Of a DNA stretch of 64,000 bases, positions 9,792 to 20,024 are shown in pieces. This DNA comes from Planctomycetota bacterium (GTDB lineage Bacteria > Planctomycetota > B15-G4): NCBI GenBank assembly GCA_965248575.1, contig CBDFJQ010000002.1, positions 1,952,001-2,016,000 of the forward strand, read 5' to 3'. The notes under the pieces were generated by a model. The model saw only the letters and a program-made list of their open reading frames with translations, ran no database searches and was not told the DNA's origin. Each line of letters begins with the position of its first letter. The stretch's first letter is position 1. Position numbers and translations under genes: made by a program.

Positions 9792-10447
9792 GAGCAACAA
9801 CTCACGCTGTCGGAGACGAGTGGCAAGAGGGAACGGACGACTGTCATGCCCCCCGCGAGGATCACTGCCGTAGCACCGAAGAGTCGCAACCGCTCGGGAG
9901 AGAGCCGCCCCCGGGCAGGAGCTGCCAGCAGGACGACTGACAGCAGGGCGGGTACGGTACCCAACCCGAAAGCCCCCATGAGAGCGGCCCCTCGCAAGGC
10001 GTCGCCGGCGAGCGAGGCCTGGATGAGCGCCAAGGCCACGGCGCCGCAAGGCAAGGCGCCGGTCAGGGCCCCCAACGTCCAGCGACCGCCCGGCAACTCA
10101 CGGCGGGTGAGGTTCCCCACGGCCCCTGTCACCACCATGGAAACCCGACCGCCAGGCGTCATGGAATGGCCCTTGAGAAAGCGCCAGCCGCCGAGGATCA
10201 ACAGGACGCCGACACCGGCACCGAACAGGGGTACCCAGGGGTGGGCCAGCGCGTGCAGCGTCGCGCCTGTGACGCCCGCGACGGTTCCCAGGACGGCATA
10301 GGTGGTCATCTTTCCCACGGCGTACAGCAAGAATCCCACACGCCCCTTGGCAGCGTGAAGGGCGAAGACTCCGCACATGCCGGCGCAGTGCCCCGCATGG
10401 GCCAAGCCCAACAAGCCACCGGCGATCAGCAGCGCCGTCCAACTCAC
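9788..10447 (-). CDS. DsbD_2/TauE-like membrane protein of cbb3 assembly clusters
   Basis: HCAGMCG, GALPCGAV, MGAFGLGTVP. Confidence 0.88.
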   Translation of the reverse strand: MSWTALLIAGGLLGLAHAGHCAGMCGVFALHAAKGRVGFLLYAVGKMTTYAVLGTVAGVTGATLHALAHPWVPLFGAGVGVLLILGGWRFLKGHSMTPGGRVSMVVTGAVGNLTRRELPGGRWTLGALTGALPCGAVALALIQASLAGDALRGAALMGAFGLGTVPALLSVVLLAAPARGRLSPERLRLFGATAVILAGGMTVVRSLLPLVSDSVSCCS

Positions 10448-12834
10448 GAGCGCGCCTCCCAGCCCAAGCTCGGCTCCGAAACCGGAGCTGCGGCTGGGCC
10501 GCCCGGCCCTCGTGCAGCTCCCCGTCCTGAGGCCGGTACCGAAAGCGGTACAGAAAGCGGCGCCGAGCCCCCGAACAAGACGGGCTCCGTCTCCAGCAGG
10601 CGCCGGCTACGAGCACTCACCACGAGGCTGGACATGACCATGGCCAGCACGGCGAGCAAGGGATGCAGCTGGCCCGTTGCAGCGGCGCCCAAGGCCACCA
10701 CGTTGTAGGCCATGGTCCAGCTGAGGTTGCCACGCACGGTGCGCCGCAACGCCCGGGTCGCTTGGATGAGGACGGGCAAGGCGCGCAGGTCGTCCCCCAG
10801 CAATTCCACGTCGGCTTGTTCACGCGCCAAGGCCGTTCCAGACCCCAGGGCAACACCCAGGTCGGCTGCGCGCAGCGCCGGTGCATCATTCATGCCATCC
10901 CCTGCCATGAGCACCCGACGCCCTGCGGCGCGCAGTGCCTCGACGCGCGCCGTCTTCTGCGCGGGCACCAGGTCGCCCTCCCCGCGCACATCCAGCTGGC
11001 AAGCCAAGACGTCCACCGTAGCGGCCCGATCGCCGGAGAGAATCAGGACCTCCACCCCGAGCTGCTTCAGTTCGCGCACGGCTTCCGCAGCGCCCTCTCG
11101 CAGCCGGGTCTGCACAGCTCCCACGGCCTGCACGACACCCTGCTCAGCAACAGCTACCAGCGTGGAGCCCGTCTTCTCTGCGGCCCTCCTCGCTGCCCGG
11201 AGCTGCTCGCTCCAGCGGGCGCCTAGCGCATCGAGCCAGCGAGGTGAACCGACCTGGATGAAGTGCTGAGACTCGTCGGAATTCAACTGCACCCGGCCCT
11301 GCACTCCACAGCCGGGGAGCAACTCGACATCCGTCATGCCAGCAGTGGAGGGCTTCGCTGCCCGGAGCCCACCAGCATCGCCGCCCGACTGCCGGTGTTC
11401 CCGGAAGGAAGCTGCCAGGGCATGCCCTGAATGGGCCACCAGTTCGGAGGCACGCCAAAGCATGTGGGGAGTCACTGGTAGCAGGGGAGCCCAAGAGCCT
11501 TCCGGCTCGGTCAGGGTCCCCGTCTTGTCGAGCACCACGACGTCCACCCCAGCGGCGCTCTCCAGTGCCGCCGCCTTTCGAGCCAGCAGACCGCGCCGGG
11601 CCAGGGCCGCACGCGAGGCGCGGTAGGCGAGGGGGGTCGCCAAGCCCAAAGCACAGGGACAGGCGACGAGCAAGACGGACAGGGCGCGGCGCACACCCGC
11701 GCTGGTGTCAGCCTCCCAACCCGCCCACAAGCCGGCCGCAGCCGCCAAGCCGCTCACCACCCACACAAGAACTCCTGCCAGGCGGTCCGCAGCACGCACG
11801 GCCGCCGCTGTGTCGAGCGGAGCATCGAGCAGAGCCCGCAGCCTGCCCAAGGTTCCTTCAGTCGCGCGCTGCTGCACCCTCACTTCCAGGAGCACTGGAC
11901 CGTTTGTCGCACCAGCGGGCAAACCATCCCCCGGCCCCACAGCCCGCGGAGCCTGCTCGCCCGTCAGCATGGCTGTCACGATCTCTCCGCGCCCCTTCAA
12001 GACGACGACATCGGCGGGAATCGCCTCGCCAGGCAACACGTGACAGACATCGCCAATCTGGAGTTCTTGAGGGTCGACGTCCTCGTGGACTCCCCGACGG
12101 GCGACCGTCATCCCATCCGGGCCCGAGCTGTCCACGCGCTCGCCACGCAGGCGATGGGCGCAGCGAGGCAGGACGTCCTTCAACGCGTCGGCCGCGTCGC
12201 GACCGCGTTCGCGGGCGTGGGCCTCCAAACGCCGGCCAAAGGTCACCAGCAGAAGCACCATGGCTGCCGTCTCGAAGTACACCGGACCGCTCCCGCGCCA
12301 GGCGTTCGCTGCCGACAACGAATAGGCCGCTCCCGTCGCCAAGACAATCAGGCCGTCCAAGCGCATGCGCCCTTGGCGGGCATCAGCCCAGGCCCCTTGC
12401 AGCATCGGCGTGCCCAGCAGCGCCAGGACCGGCAGGGAAAGAGCTGCCAAGGCGGCCCGACCCAAGCCGCCCAGCTCCAGCAGGCCGGCTTCACCGCCCG
12501 CCGCGACGAGGTCCTCTGCATAGAGCACGAGGCTCAAGGTCATGATGCCCATGCACAGGAAGCTGGCGACGAGCAACCGCGCTTCCAGCAAGCCTCGCCG
12601 GCCCTCCCCACCGGACACATTGTGCGCGAGCCTGCAGCCCACGCAGCAGAACTGCTCGGCGGGCGCTTGCTCCTGCAACGGGACCACGGCCTCGGCATGC
12701 GCCCGGCCGGCTTCCCGAATGCGGGCAGCACGCCGCCCGAAGAACAGGGGACGCCCCGGTCGCACCGGCAGCCCGCAGTGGGTGCACGCGGAGGGGTTCG
12801 CGCCGACATCTGGCTCTGCGATCCGTGCGTTCAC
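10444..12834 (-). CDS. ccoI: P1B-type Cu-transporting ATPase, CcoI/FixI-like
   Basis: N-terminal CTHCG..FCCVGC; LTGE; ACPCALGLATP; DKTGTLT; GDGMNDAPAL; YN and MVMSS; cbb3 context. Confidence 0.9.
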   Translation of the reverse strand: MNARIAEPDVGANPSACTHCGLPVRPGRPLFFGRRAARIREAGRAHAEAVVPLQEQAPAEQFCCVGCRLAHNVSGGEGRRGLLEARLLVASFLCMGIMTLSLVLYAEDLVAAGGEAGLLELGGLGRAALAALSLPVLALLGTPMLQGAWADARQGRMRLDGLIVLATGAAYSLSAANAWRGSGPVYFETAAMVLLLVTFGRRLEAHARERGRDAADALKDVLPRCAHRLRGERVDSSGPDGMTVARRGVHEDVDPQELQIGDVCHVLPGEAIPADVVVLKGRGEIVTAMLTGEQAPRAVGPGDGLPAGATNGPVLLEVRVQQRATEGTLGRLRALLDAPLDTAAAVRAADRLAGVLVWVVSGLAAAAGLWAGWEADTSAGVRRALSVLLVACPCALGLATPLAYRASRAALARRGLLARKAAALESAAGVDVVVLDKTGTLTEPEGSWAPLLPVTPHMLWRASELVAHSGHALAASFREHRQSGGDAGGLRAAKPSTAGMTDVELLPGCGVQGRVQLNSDESQHFIQVGSPRWLDALGARWSEQLRAARRAAEKTGSTLVAVAEQGVVQAVGAVQTRLREGAAEAVRELKQLGVEVLILSGDRAATVDVLACQLDVRGEGDLVPAQKTARVEALRAAGRRVLMAGDGMNDAPALRAADLGVALGSGTALAREQADVELLGDDLRALPVLIQATRALRRTVRGNLSWTMAYNVVALGAAATGQLHPLLAVLAMVMSSLVVSARSRRLLETEPVLFGGSAPLSVPLSVPASGRGAARGPGGPAAAPVSEPSLGWEARS

Positions 12835-12847
12835 GAGTCTGCGCCCT

Positions 12848-13060
12848 TCAGCCGACCTCGTCTGCCAAGGATGCGAGCAGGTAGGTCACGGTGTACCAGG
12901 CGCCGAAGGCCAGGAAGGCCAGCCACGCAAACTTCATGAAGAGCGGCATGCGGCCGTGGCCGTAGCCGAACCCTGCCGGCACCTGGTCGTCCCCTCGGGC
13001 GTCCTGTGCGAGGGAGTCGTCGCTGACAGCCTGGGGCTCAATCGAAGTCGGCGTGGTCAT
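12848..13060 (-). CDS. Small single-TM protein (CcoQ or CcoP N-terminus-like)
   Basis: 70 aa, one hydrophobic helix after GRMPLF; lies in the cbb3 operon. Confidence 0.6.
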   Translation of the reverse strand: MTTPTSIEPQAVSDDSLAQDARGDDQVPAGFGYGHGRMPLFMKFAWLAFLAFGAWYTVTYLLASLADEVG

Positions 13061-13361
13061 GGGCCAGCTCCCGTTCGAGAAGCTCGTACTTGGGGCGCTC
13101 GATGTCTGCGAAGTGCCCCTTGAAGAACGAGAAGGCCAGGAGCAGGAGGAAGCCCCCGGCCACCAGCCCGTACGTCACGAGATGGACGCCTGCGAACTCG
13201 AACCCTTCTGTCTCCGTCAGGGCCCAGAAGAACTCGTAGAGCTTGTAGAAGAACCCGAGGCCTGCCACACCACAGCCGGCGATGAAGAAGATCAACCAGG
13301 CGCGCTGCAGACCGCTGCGAGCGAGCTTGGGCTCGTTGACGGGTTGTTGCGGTTTCGCCAT
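13038..13361 (-). CDS. Two-TM protein with CcoS-like C-terminus
   Basis: KGHFADIERPKYELL resembles CcoS GQFDDLE.PA..IL; ATG overlaps the ccoO stop (TAATG). Confidence 0.65.
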   Translation of the reverse strand: MAKPQQPVNEPKLARSGLQRAWLIFFIAGCGVAGLGFFYKLYEFFWALTETEGFEFAGVHLVTYGLVAGGFLLLLAFSFFKGHFADIERPKYELLERELAHDHADFD

Positions 13362-14284
13362 TACACGCCCTCCGCATCGGTGTCGTCCGAAGTACCGGCA
13401 GAGGCGCCGTCCGAGGTACCGGCCGTCGCCACTGACTCCGGTTGCCAGGTCCCCAACCACTGTAGGTAGGCTAGCAGGGAGAGCCCGCGTTCGTTGAGGC
13501 CCTTGCCTTCTGCCACGAACAGACGCTCCTTTTCGGCTGCGAGCGTCGCCGGCAGCTCGGCCGCCACGCGCACCAAAGCCGACTCCCCTTCCTCCCGCGT
13601 GTCATAAACACCGGGAATGGGGTAGGAGGTCTCCGGGCTCAGGCCCGTGCGCTTGGCAACATCGGGGTCGATGGACCGGCGCACCTGCCAACCCTTGCGG
13701 AACATCCAGCGGTAGCGCGGCATGACGGAGCCCGGTGTGACATCCGTCGGCTGCCAAAGGTGGGCGGCGTGCCAGTCGTTGCTGCGCAGGGTGCCTTCAT
13801 ACGTGAGGTCAGGACCCACGCGCCGCGTGCCCCACATCATGGGGCGCTGCAGTGCGTTGTTGTCCTGTTCCCAACGAGAGACGGGACCGAAGCGCAGGTC
13901 TTCGTTGGCCACGGGGCGCACATACTGGCTGTGGCAGTGCCAACAGCCCTCGCCCACGTACGCATCGCGCCCGTTGCGCAAGGCCGTCTGGTAGGCCTCC
14001 CGCCAAGCCGCCTCGCTCTGCGTGCGCCTCGGGTCTGCCTCAGGCACATCCACCAGCTCCTGCAAGCTCAGGGCACTCTCGGCGCCATAGGCCTGGCGGA
14101 AGCCCTCGGGCCAACGCTCGCGTGAGTCCTTGAAGTCGACCGAGACATTCTCGGCCAACTCCTCCAACGTGGCGGCCGGCGTGCCGCCCTCGTTCAGCAT
14201 GAAGGGATACAGCCCGGACAAGAGGAAGGCGAGAATGAAGCAGCCCAAGCCCGCGGCCAAGACGATTGCCAGGAAACGATCCAT
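13361..14284 (-). CDS. ccoO: cbb3-type cytochrome c oxidase subunit II
   Basis: GRDAYVGEGCWHCHSQYVRP, WGTRRVGPDL, DWHAAHL, GSVMPRY. Confidence 0.92.
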   Translation of the reverse strand: MDRFLAIVLAAGLGCFILAFLLSGLYPFMLNEGGTPAATLEELAENVSVDFKDSRERWPEGFRQAYGAESALSLQELVDVPEADPRRTQSEAAWREAYQTALRNGRDAYVGEGCWHCHSQYVRPVANEDLRFGPVSRWEQDNNALQRPMMWGTRRVGPDLTYEGTLRSNDWHAAHLWQPTDVTPGSVMPRYRWMFRKGWQVRRSIDPDVAKRTGLSPETSYPIPGVYDTREEGESALVRVAAELPATLAAEKERLFVAEGKGLNERGLSLLAYLQWLGTWQPESVATAGTSDGASAGTSDDTDAEGV

Positions 14285-14285
14285 C

Positions 14286-15803
14286 TCAGACACCCTCCGC
14301 GTCGACCAGATCGACCCGATAGTCATAGGGTTTCGGCGTTCTCGCCGTCATCCACAGGTTCCACACCCAGAGCACCTGGCCCACGAGGATCATGCCCCCC
14401 GCGAAGGTGCGCACGGCCCAGTAGGGCTTCATGGCATCGACGATGTCGATCCAAGGCACGAGCCGGTCCAGCATCGCGCCGTGCACGACGCCCGCGGCCA
14501 GCAAGTCCACGAACATGATCACCAGGCCGATGGTGGACAGCCAGAACTGCCAGTGATTCAGGCGTCGGTTGTGCCACTCGTTGCCCACCAACCTCGGCCA
14601 GAGCCAGGTGATGATGCCGATGATCCAGAACGCGAACACGCCCAGCATCACCAGGTGAGCATGGCCCGGCACCCAGTCCGTGAAGTGGATCGTCTTCTGC
14701 AGTGTGAGCGAGGTGTGGAATGCACACTGCAAGCACGTCAGGAAGTAGCAGATCATGCCGGTGTAGAACCAACGGATCGGCAGGTTCGTGCGCAGCGCAT
14801 AGCCGCGGCCGTGCATGGTGGCGAAGAAGTTCACGATCACCGTGGTGACGACGATCTCCACCGCCATGGTGGAGATCACCGCACCGTACTGCACCGACAT
14901 GGGGATCGACGACAGCAGGAAGTGGTGCACACCGTTCAGGGGATAGAAGAACGCCAGGGCCCAGAAACCGATCACCGACAACGCGTGGCTCCACATGGGC
15001 TTGCGCAGGATGATGGGCACGAAGAAGTACATCAGGCCCCAACCCATGGGCGTCACGAAGAGCCCCACCAGGTCGTGGATGAAGAGCCCGACCGTGGCCG
15101 CACCCGAGGCACCTGTCATGGTCCACTCAGGCAGGGTGTTGCCCATGACGTAGGTCAGGATCAGCCAGACGATGCCTGCCGTGAGATACCAACCGGTGAC
15201 GTAGAGCCGCTTGTTCAGCGACTTGGCCAGAGGCACCAGGAACTGGATGGCCACCAGCACGGCGCCCAGTTCGATCAGGAAGTCGACGGGGATGTACTGG
15301 AGGTCCCAGCTGCCGGGGCGGAAGCCCGTGGGGGTCTCGCCCCATTCGACGCCTTGGGCGAAGCCCAGGGCCTGGCCAACGCTCGTCGCGAGCACCAGCG
15401 TCTGCCAGACGACGAGGATCACCCAACCCAGCTTCTTGCTCGCCACCCCCCGCCCGGTGAGTCGCGGGACGACGTAGTACATCGCGCCCACGAAGCAGTT
15501 CACGAGGAAGCCGTAGGCGATCTCATTCGTGTGCAGGAAGCGCAAACGCCCAGCGCTCAACCAGGGTGTGTCCTGAAAGGGGTACATGTTCAGAAAGTTC
15601 AGGCTCACCAAAAAGCCCGCGGTCATGGACGACATGAGGAAGAACACGCCGCTGATGAAGTGCCACTTCACCAGGGCCTTGTGCACCAGGTCACCCGTAC
15701 CGGCCACCACACCACTGCCGACACCGCTACCGGCACCGGCACCGGCCGAGCCCTCGCCGTCGCTCACATCCCCTGCCGCAACAGCCGCATCTGCGGTCGT
15801 CAT
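14286..15803 (-). CDS. ccoN: cbb3-type (C-family) heme-copper oxidase subunit I, divergent
   Basis: GRLRFLHTN, VEWGE, IHDLVG, FYPLNGVHH, HFTDWVPGHAH: six His ligands and the helix-VII Tyr are present. Confidence 0.92.
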   Translation of the reverse strand: MTTADAAVAAGDVSDGEGSAGAGAGSGVGSGVVAGTGDLVHKALVKWHFISGVFFLMSSMTAGFLVSLNFLNMYPFQDTPWLSAGRLRFLHTNEIAYGFLVNCFVGAMYYVVPRLTGRGVASKKLGWVILVVWQTLVLATSVGQALGFAQGVEWGETPTGFRPGSWDLQYIPVDFLIELGAVLVAIQFLVPLAKSLNKRLYVTGWYLTAGIVWLILTYVMGNTLPEWTMTGASGAATVGLFIHDLVGLFVTPMGWGLMYFFVPIILRKPMWSHALSVIGFWALAFFYPLNGVHHFLLSSIPMSVQYGAVISTMAVEIVVTTVIVNFFATMHGRGYALRTNLPIRWFYTGMICYFLTCLQCAFHTSLTLQKTIHFTDWVPGHAHLVMLGVFAFWIIGIITWLWPRLVGNEWHNRRLNHWQFWLSTIGLVIMFVDLLAAGVVHGAMLDRLVPWIDIVDAMKPYWAVRTFAGGMILVGQVLWVWNLWMTARTPKPYDYRVDLVDAEGV

Positions 15804-16738
15804 CGCCCACCTCCTTCGCCCTGCATGCTTCCAGCAGCCGATGCTGATGCCTCGTCGTGGGCGTCGCAGCTCACGGGGTGGGGCCTCCGGTTCGCGTCCT
15901 CGACTTTCAGACTCATGATGAAGTGCGTGATGTCCCAGAGCTCTTCGTCACTGCCATAGACGGAGGGCATGGGGGTGCCGTTCAAGCCGGTGCGCATGCG
16001 CAGGAAGAGATCCTTGGGTGTGCTCCCGGCACGGAAGATGCCGCTCGTGAAATCACGCGGGCGCACGGCCGTGTCCTTCCAGTCGCGCAGGTGGAACGAA
16101 GAGCTTCCATCCCCCACTCCCGTGGCGCCGTGGCAGGCCACGCACTGGGCCTCGTAGAGCACGCGCCCGCGCTCGATGGAGTCCTCGTCGTTCTCCGGCG
16201 GCTGCTCGATGCTCACGGGCCAGCTGTCCTCGTGGGCGTCCAACAGCGCGTCGCCCCGGATCTCTGCGTAGTCCTCAGGATCCAAGCTCGCGAAGGGCTC
16301 ACCCTCCAGCTCGTCGTCCACGTCGCGCTTCACCACGCCGTAGTCCACGAGGTACATGACGAAGTCGGCCACGTCCTTGAGTTCCTGGGACGGCATCAGC
16401 GGGAAGCTGCGCATGGCCGAACCCTGCAGGCCGCAGCGAATGACATGCACGATGTCGTCCTGGCTCGGCAGCTGCCCCGAGGGCGTGCTGCGGAACTTGA
16501 AGTTCCCCGCCTGGAAGTTGCGCGGCCGAGGCTCGAGGAACTCGGCGGACGGACCGTCGCCGAGACCCTGGTCGCCGTGACAGCCGATGCAGTTGCGTTC
16601 GTACACCGCGCGGCCACGCTCGGCGGCCGGGCTGAGCGGCCAGTCGTTCAACGAAAAGCCGCCAGCGGGGGGCTCTTGCGAGGAGGCCAGCAGACCCAAG
16701 GTCGTGAGGGCCGCTGCGAGGCCAATAACCTTCATCAT
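15800..16738 (-). CDS. Di-heme c-type cytochrome
   Basis: Signal peptide; CIGCH and CVACH; PRPRNF/RPRDF; GSAM and GTPMP Met ligands. Confidence 0.9.
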   Translation of the reverse strand: MMKVIGLAAALTTLGLLASSQEPPAGGFSLNDWPLSPAAERGRAVYERNCIGCHGDQGLGDGPSAEFLEPRPRNFQAGNFKFRSTPSGQLPSQDDIVHVIRCGLQGSAMRSFPLMPSQELKDVADFVMYLVDYGVVKRDVDDELEGEPFASLDPEDYAEIRGDALLDAHEDSWPVSIEQPPENDEDSIERGRVLYEAQCVACHGATGVGDGSSSFHLRDWKDTAVRPRDFTSGIFRAGSTPKDLFLRMRTGLNGTPMPSVYGSDEELWDITHFIMSLKVEDANRRPHPVSCDAHDEASASAAGSMQGEGGGR

Positions 16739-16946
16739 CGCGTCTCTATTCCAATGCGAGGCTGAGAAAGGGACAGCGACAAACCATCGTGCTGGCAGGA
16801 GTACGTAGCTATACGATCAAGTGCGTACGCAGCGAAATTGGCAGGGAGTGCCAAGAGTTGGGGCGCTTCCGTCTTCTGGCCCCATCTCGATTTCAGTGTC
16901 CGGTTGGGACGCGGAACCCGTTAGAGGCACCTATGGAGCGTCAGCA

Positions 16947-19900
16947 TTGAATCGGAGAATCCTGCTGACGGGGCTCGCGGTTGCGGCTCTGCTCATCACG
17001 GTCCTGATCCTCTGGCTGGGCACGGAAGGCGCCGAGCTGCCGCAGCCTGGGGACCTTCCCTTGGCGACGACGCCCAGCCTAGGGACGACGGAACCCGCCT
17101 CTCAACTCCCTGCCACCAGCCCCTCGGCCATCGCAGGGCTGGCGCCCTCCCTGACCAAGCCTGAGGCAGCCGTTCCCTGGCGCTCAGACTTGGCCGCTCG
17201 CCGAGCAGCCGGCGAGCCACTGCGCGACCTCACCGTCCGCGGCCGGCTCGTGGACGGTGACGGTCGGCCGGTGGCGGGCGCAAACCTGTGGTTCAACCAC
17301 CACCAGGGCACGCGCCTTCGTCTAGAGCAACCCGAGCACTTCTCCCAGTCCCCGGTGCCCTGGTCGTCGCTGCCCAACACCCGTTCGGATTCCGAGGGGC
17401 GCTTTGCCCTCGAGTCCTTTTGCTTCCTGGCGGAGAACGGCCTGCCCACCCCACCGCCCACGTCCCAGAGCCTGACGAACGACTCCTGCCTGATCACCTT
17501 TCATCCGGCCTTCGCCCCCGCCGCGGAGCGCATCGTCTTGAGCGGCCTCGAAGCCGCCGTCACACCAGGAAGCAACAACGCACCGCACTGGGAGGTGGAC
17601 GTCGGTGAGCTCGCGCTCCAGCCAGGGGGCTCCTTGAGCGGGCGGGTGCTGGACGCATCCGGCGCAGCGCTCGGAGGTGCCCGGGTCCATTTCCCCTGGG
17701 GCGGACGGGAGTCCGATCAGCTGACCTCCCTCTGGGCGTTGACCCAATCACTGTTCGCAACCCACACGCAAGCCGATGGGAGCTTTCTGCTGAGCCCCTT
17801 GCCGCCCGGCAGCTACCGCCTCGAAGTCCTGCTCCCGGGCTACGGCCCGGCCTACCCCACTGCGCGTCTGCAACGCGACGACGGCGCGGTGTTTCTCACG
17901 CCGGTCGACGACACGCCACCCGTGCCGGCGATGAGTGCCGATGTCGGTGATGTCGTCCTGCCCAACAGCAGCCTGCTGCGAGGCCACGTTGTCGACGAGT
18001 CGGGTCAGTCCATCCCGGGCGCCCAGCTGAAGGCCCGTGTCAACTTCATCCGATTCCTGAGCGGAGGGGAAGACACGGCGCTGCGGGACATGGGCGCCAA
18101 GATCACCTACCAGAGTGGCCAGAGCGACATCTACCAGCGCGCTGGCCCCGACGGCTCCTTCCGCTTCGACATCCTGACTCCTGACACGCCCTACGACCTC
18201 TTCGCCAGCGCGCCTGGAAAGGACACCGTCGTGCTGCGCGCCCTCAACCCACCGGTGGAGGACCTCCGGCTTGTGCTGCCCCAGGAGGCGCTCTTCGTCC
18301 TGCATCTCGTGGACGACGACACCGGTGAGCCCATCGCCGAGCCCGACGCCGCCATCCGCCGCCAGAGTGTCAGCGTGGAATCCGGCCTGAGCATGAACGA
18401 TCCACTGCTGACGGTGCGTAGTGGTCAGGCAGCACTGGCCGCCCTGAGGCAGCTTCGAACCGGCGTCCCGAACGATGACAAGGACGAGCAGACGACGTCT
18501 GCGACAGGCTTGCTGCTCGTTGGTCCTGCGGGCCCCCTCAAGCAGCACGCGCGCTTCACCTCGCCCCTGCATGCACCGCTCGAGATGGAGTTGCCCGGCC
18601 TCCCGCCCGGCACGCTGCAGGAGCTCGAGGTCCGGCTCCGGCCCGGCAGTTCCCTGTCGGGCACAGCCGTCGATGAGTACGACATGCCCTTGGAAGGCGT
18701 GGAGGTCCGGGTCAGGAACGGCAACCCCCGGGACACCCGGGTGTACGACGTCTTCCGTGCCTACACCGATGTCGACGGGGCCTTCACCGTGCTCGGGCTG
18801 TTCGAGAGCAACTGGCTGCTGGAGGCTTCCAAGCCAGGCCACGAGTCGCCACTCACACTGCCCTTCACCCTGGGCGCCGCCGAAGCCCGACAGCATCAGC
18901 AGCTGCGTCTTCCGAGGGGAGCCCGGGCCGCAGGAGTCCTGCTGACTGCCGACGGGCGCCCCGCCCGCGCACAGATGGTCTGGGCCGTCTCCCCCGCCAC
19001 GCCGGACCGCCCCGCCACGGAGCAGAAAACGCACACCACTGCCGACGGCCGCTTTTCCTTCGACGGCTTGTCGCCGGGTCTCGTGAGCTTCCGTGCGCAC
19101 CCAGGCGGCCGGGCGGAAGTGCAGGTGCTCCCCGAAGGGGTGACCGAGGTCGAGCTCCGACTGCAGCAGCTGGCCGAGATCACGGGCAAGGTGACCGACG
19201 CGCAGGGCTCCCCGGTGTCCGCGAAGCTGGAGTTCTTCTACGACACGGATCGTGGTTGGCCCGACAGCGAGACCCAGAGCAACGAGCAGGGCGTCTACCG
19301 GCTGCGCGACCTGCGCGCGGGCCATGGCAAGCTCGTCGCTCTCCAGGGTAGCGCCCAGACCCCCGCCCAGGACATCACGCTGAACTACGGCGACACGCTG
19401 CAGCAGGACCTGCGCTTCGGCGATGCGCGCATCGAAGGGCGTGTCCTGACGGGTGGCGACAGCCCTGCCCGGGCCTCACCGCTGGCGGGAGTCCGCGTGC
19501 TGGCCGTGCGCATGGACGGGGACATGGACCAGCAGCTGCGCGACGGCACTGGGCTGCGCCGCCTGTCGGGCAGGGGCACCTCTGACAGCGCGGGCCGCTA
19601 CCGCATCGACAAGCTCGTGCCCGGCCTGTACAGCCTCACCACCGTAGGGCGCGACTACCTGCTGGCTGACTCCTCGCCGATCGAGGTCCAGATCAGAGGC
19701 CAGCGAGGCACGAGCGATCTCATCGTCGTGCCTGCCGCGACCCTGACGGGCAGCATCACCACCAACGGCAAGCCCCAGAGCGGCAACCTGCGGCTGCTGC
19801 TCGAACGGGTCGATCAACCGGGCACACGCACCACCACGATCTCGTTCGAAGGCAGCTACAGCGTCAAGGGCCTGGCTGAAGGCAGCTACCGCTACCGCGT

Positions 19901-20024
19901 CACGCGCCCGCTCTCATCCATCCCGGCCGTGGACCAGTACCACGTGTTCGCTATCGGCTCCGTCACCCTGAGCAGCGGTGAGAGCACACAGCACGACATC
20001 GTGCTCATGCCTTCGCAGGGCTAG
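16947..20024 (+). CDS. Membrane-anchored protein with repeated carboxypeptidase-regulatory-like (Ig-like) domains
   Basis: N-terminal TM after a TTG start with GGAG RBS (alternative start 16821); repeated GRVxDxxGxPxxGA..TDxxGxF..LxPGxY modules. Confidence 0.8.
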   Translation: MNRRILLTGLAVAALLITVLILWLGTEGAELPQPGDLPLATTPSLGTTEPASQLPATSPSAIAGLAPSLTKPEAAVPWRSDLAARRAAGEPLRDLTVRGRLVDGDGRPVAGANLWFNHHQGTRLRLEQPEHFSQSPVPWSSLPNTRSDSEGRFALESFCFLAENGLPTPPPTSQSLTNDSCLITFHPAFAPAAERIVLSGLEAAVTPGSNNAPHWEVDVGELALQPGGSLSGRVLDASGAALGGARVHFPWGGRESDQLTSLWALTQSLFATHTQADGSFLLSPLPPGSYRLEVLLPGYGPAYPTARLQRDDGAVFLTPVDDTPPVPAMSADVGDVVLPNSSLLRGHVVDESGQSIPGAQLKARVNFIRFLSGGEDTALRDMGAKITYQSGQSDIYQRAGPDGSFRFDILTPDTPYDLFASAPGKDTVVLRALNPPVEDLRLVLPQEALFVLHLVDDDTGEPIAEPDAAIRRQSVSVESGLSMNDPLLTVRSGQAALAALRQLRTGVPNDDKDEQTTSATGLLLVGPAGPLKQHARFTSPLHAPLEMELPGLPPGTLQELEVRLRPGSSLSGTAVDEYDMPLEGVEVRVRNGNPRDTRVYDVFRAYTDVDGAFTVLGLFESNWLLEASKPGHESPLTLPFTLGAAEARQHQQLRLPRGARAAGVLLTADGRPARAQMVWAVSPATPDRPATEQKTHTTADGRFSFDGLSPGLVSFRAHPGGRAEVQVLPEGVTEVELRLQQLAEITGKVTDAQGSPVSAKLEFFYDTDRGWPDSETQSNEQGVYRLRDLRAGHGKLVALQGSAQTPAQDITLNYGDTLQQDLRFGDARIEGRVLTGGDSPARASPLAGVRVLAVRMDGDMDQQLRDGTGLRRLSGRGTSDSAGRYRIDKLVPGLYSLTTVGRDYLLADSSPIEVQIRGQRGTSDLIVVPAATLTGSITTNGKPQSGNLRLLLERVDQPGTRTTTISFEGSYSVKGLAEGSYRYRVTRPLSSIPAVDQYHVFAIGSVTLSSGESTQHDIVLMPSQG

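Noticed and set aside
8172..10301. 709-aa + strand ORF (likewise 14130-15959, 20087-21643 and 41143-43335)
   Set aside because: Antisense shadows of well-supported minus-strand genes
16801..16828. FNR box upstream of the cbb3 operon
   Set aside because: Only the ATCAA half is present, with no TTGAT partner; the GTACGTA/TGCGTAC imperfect palindrome is too weak to call
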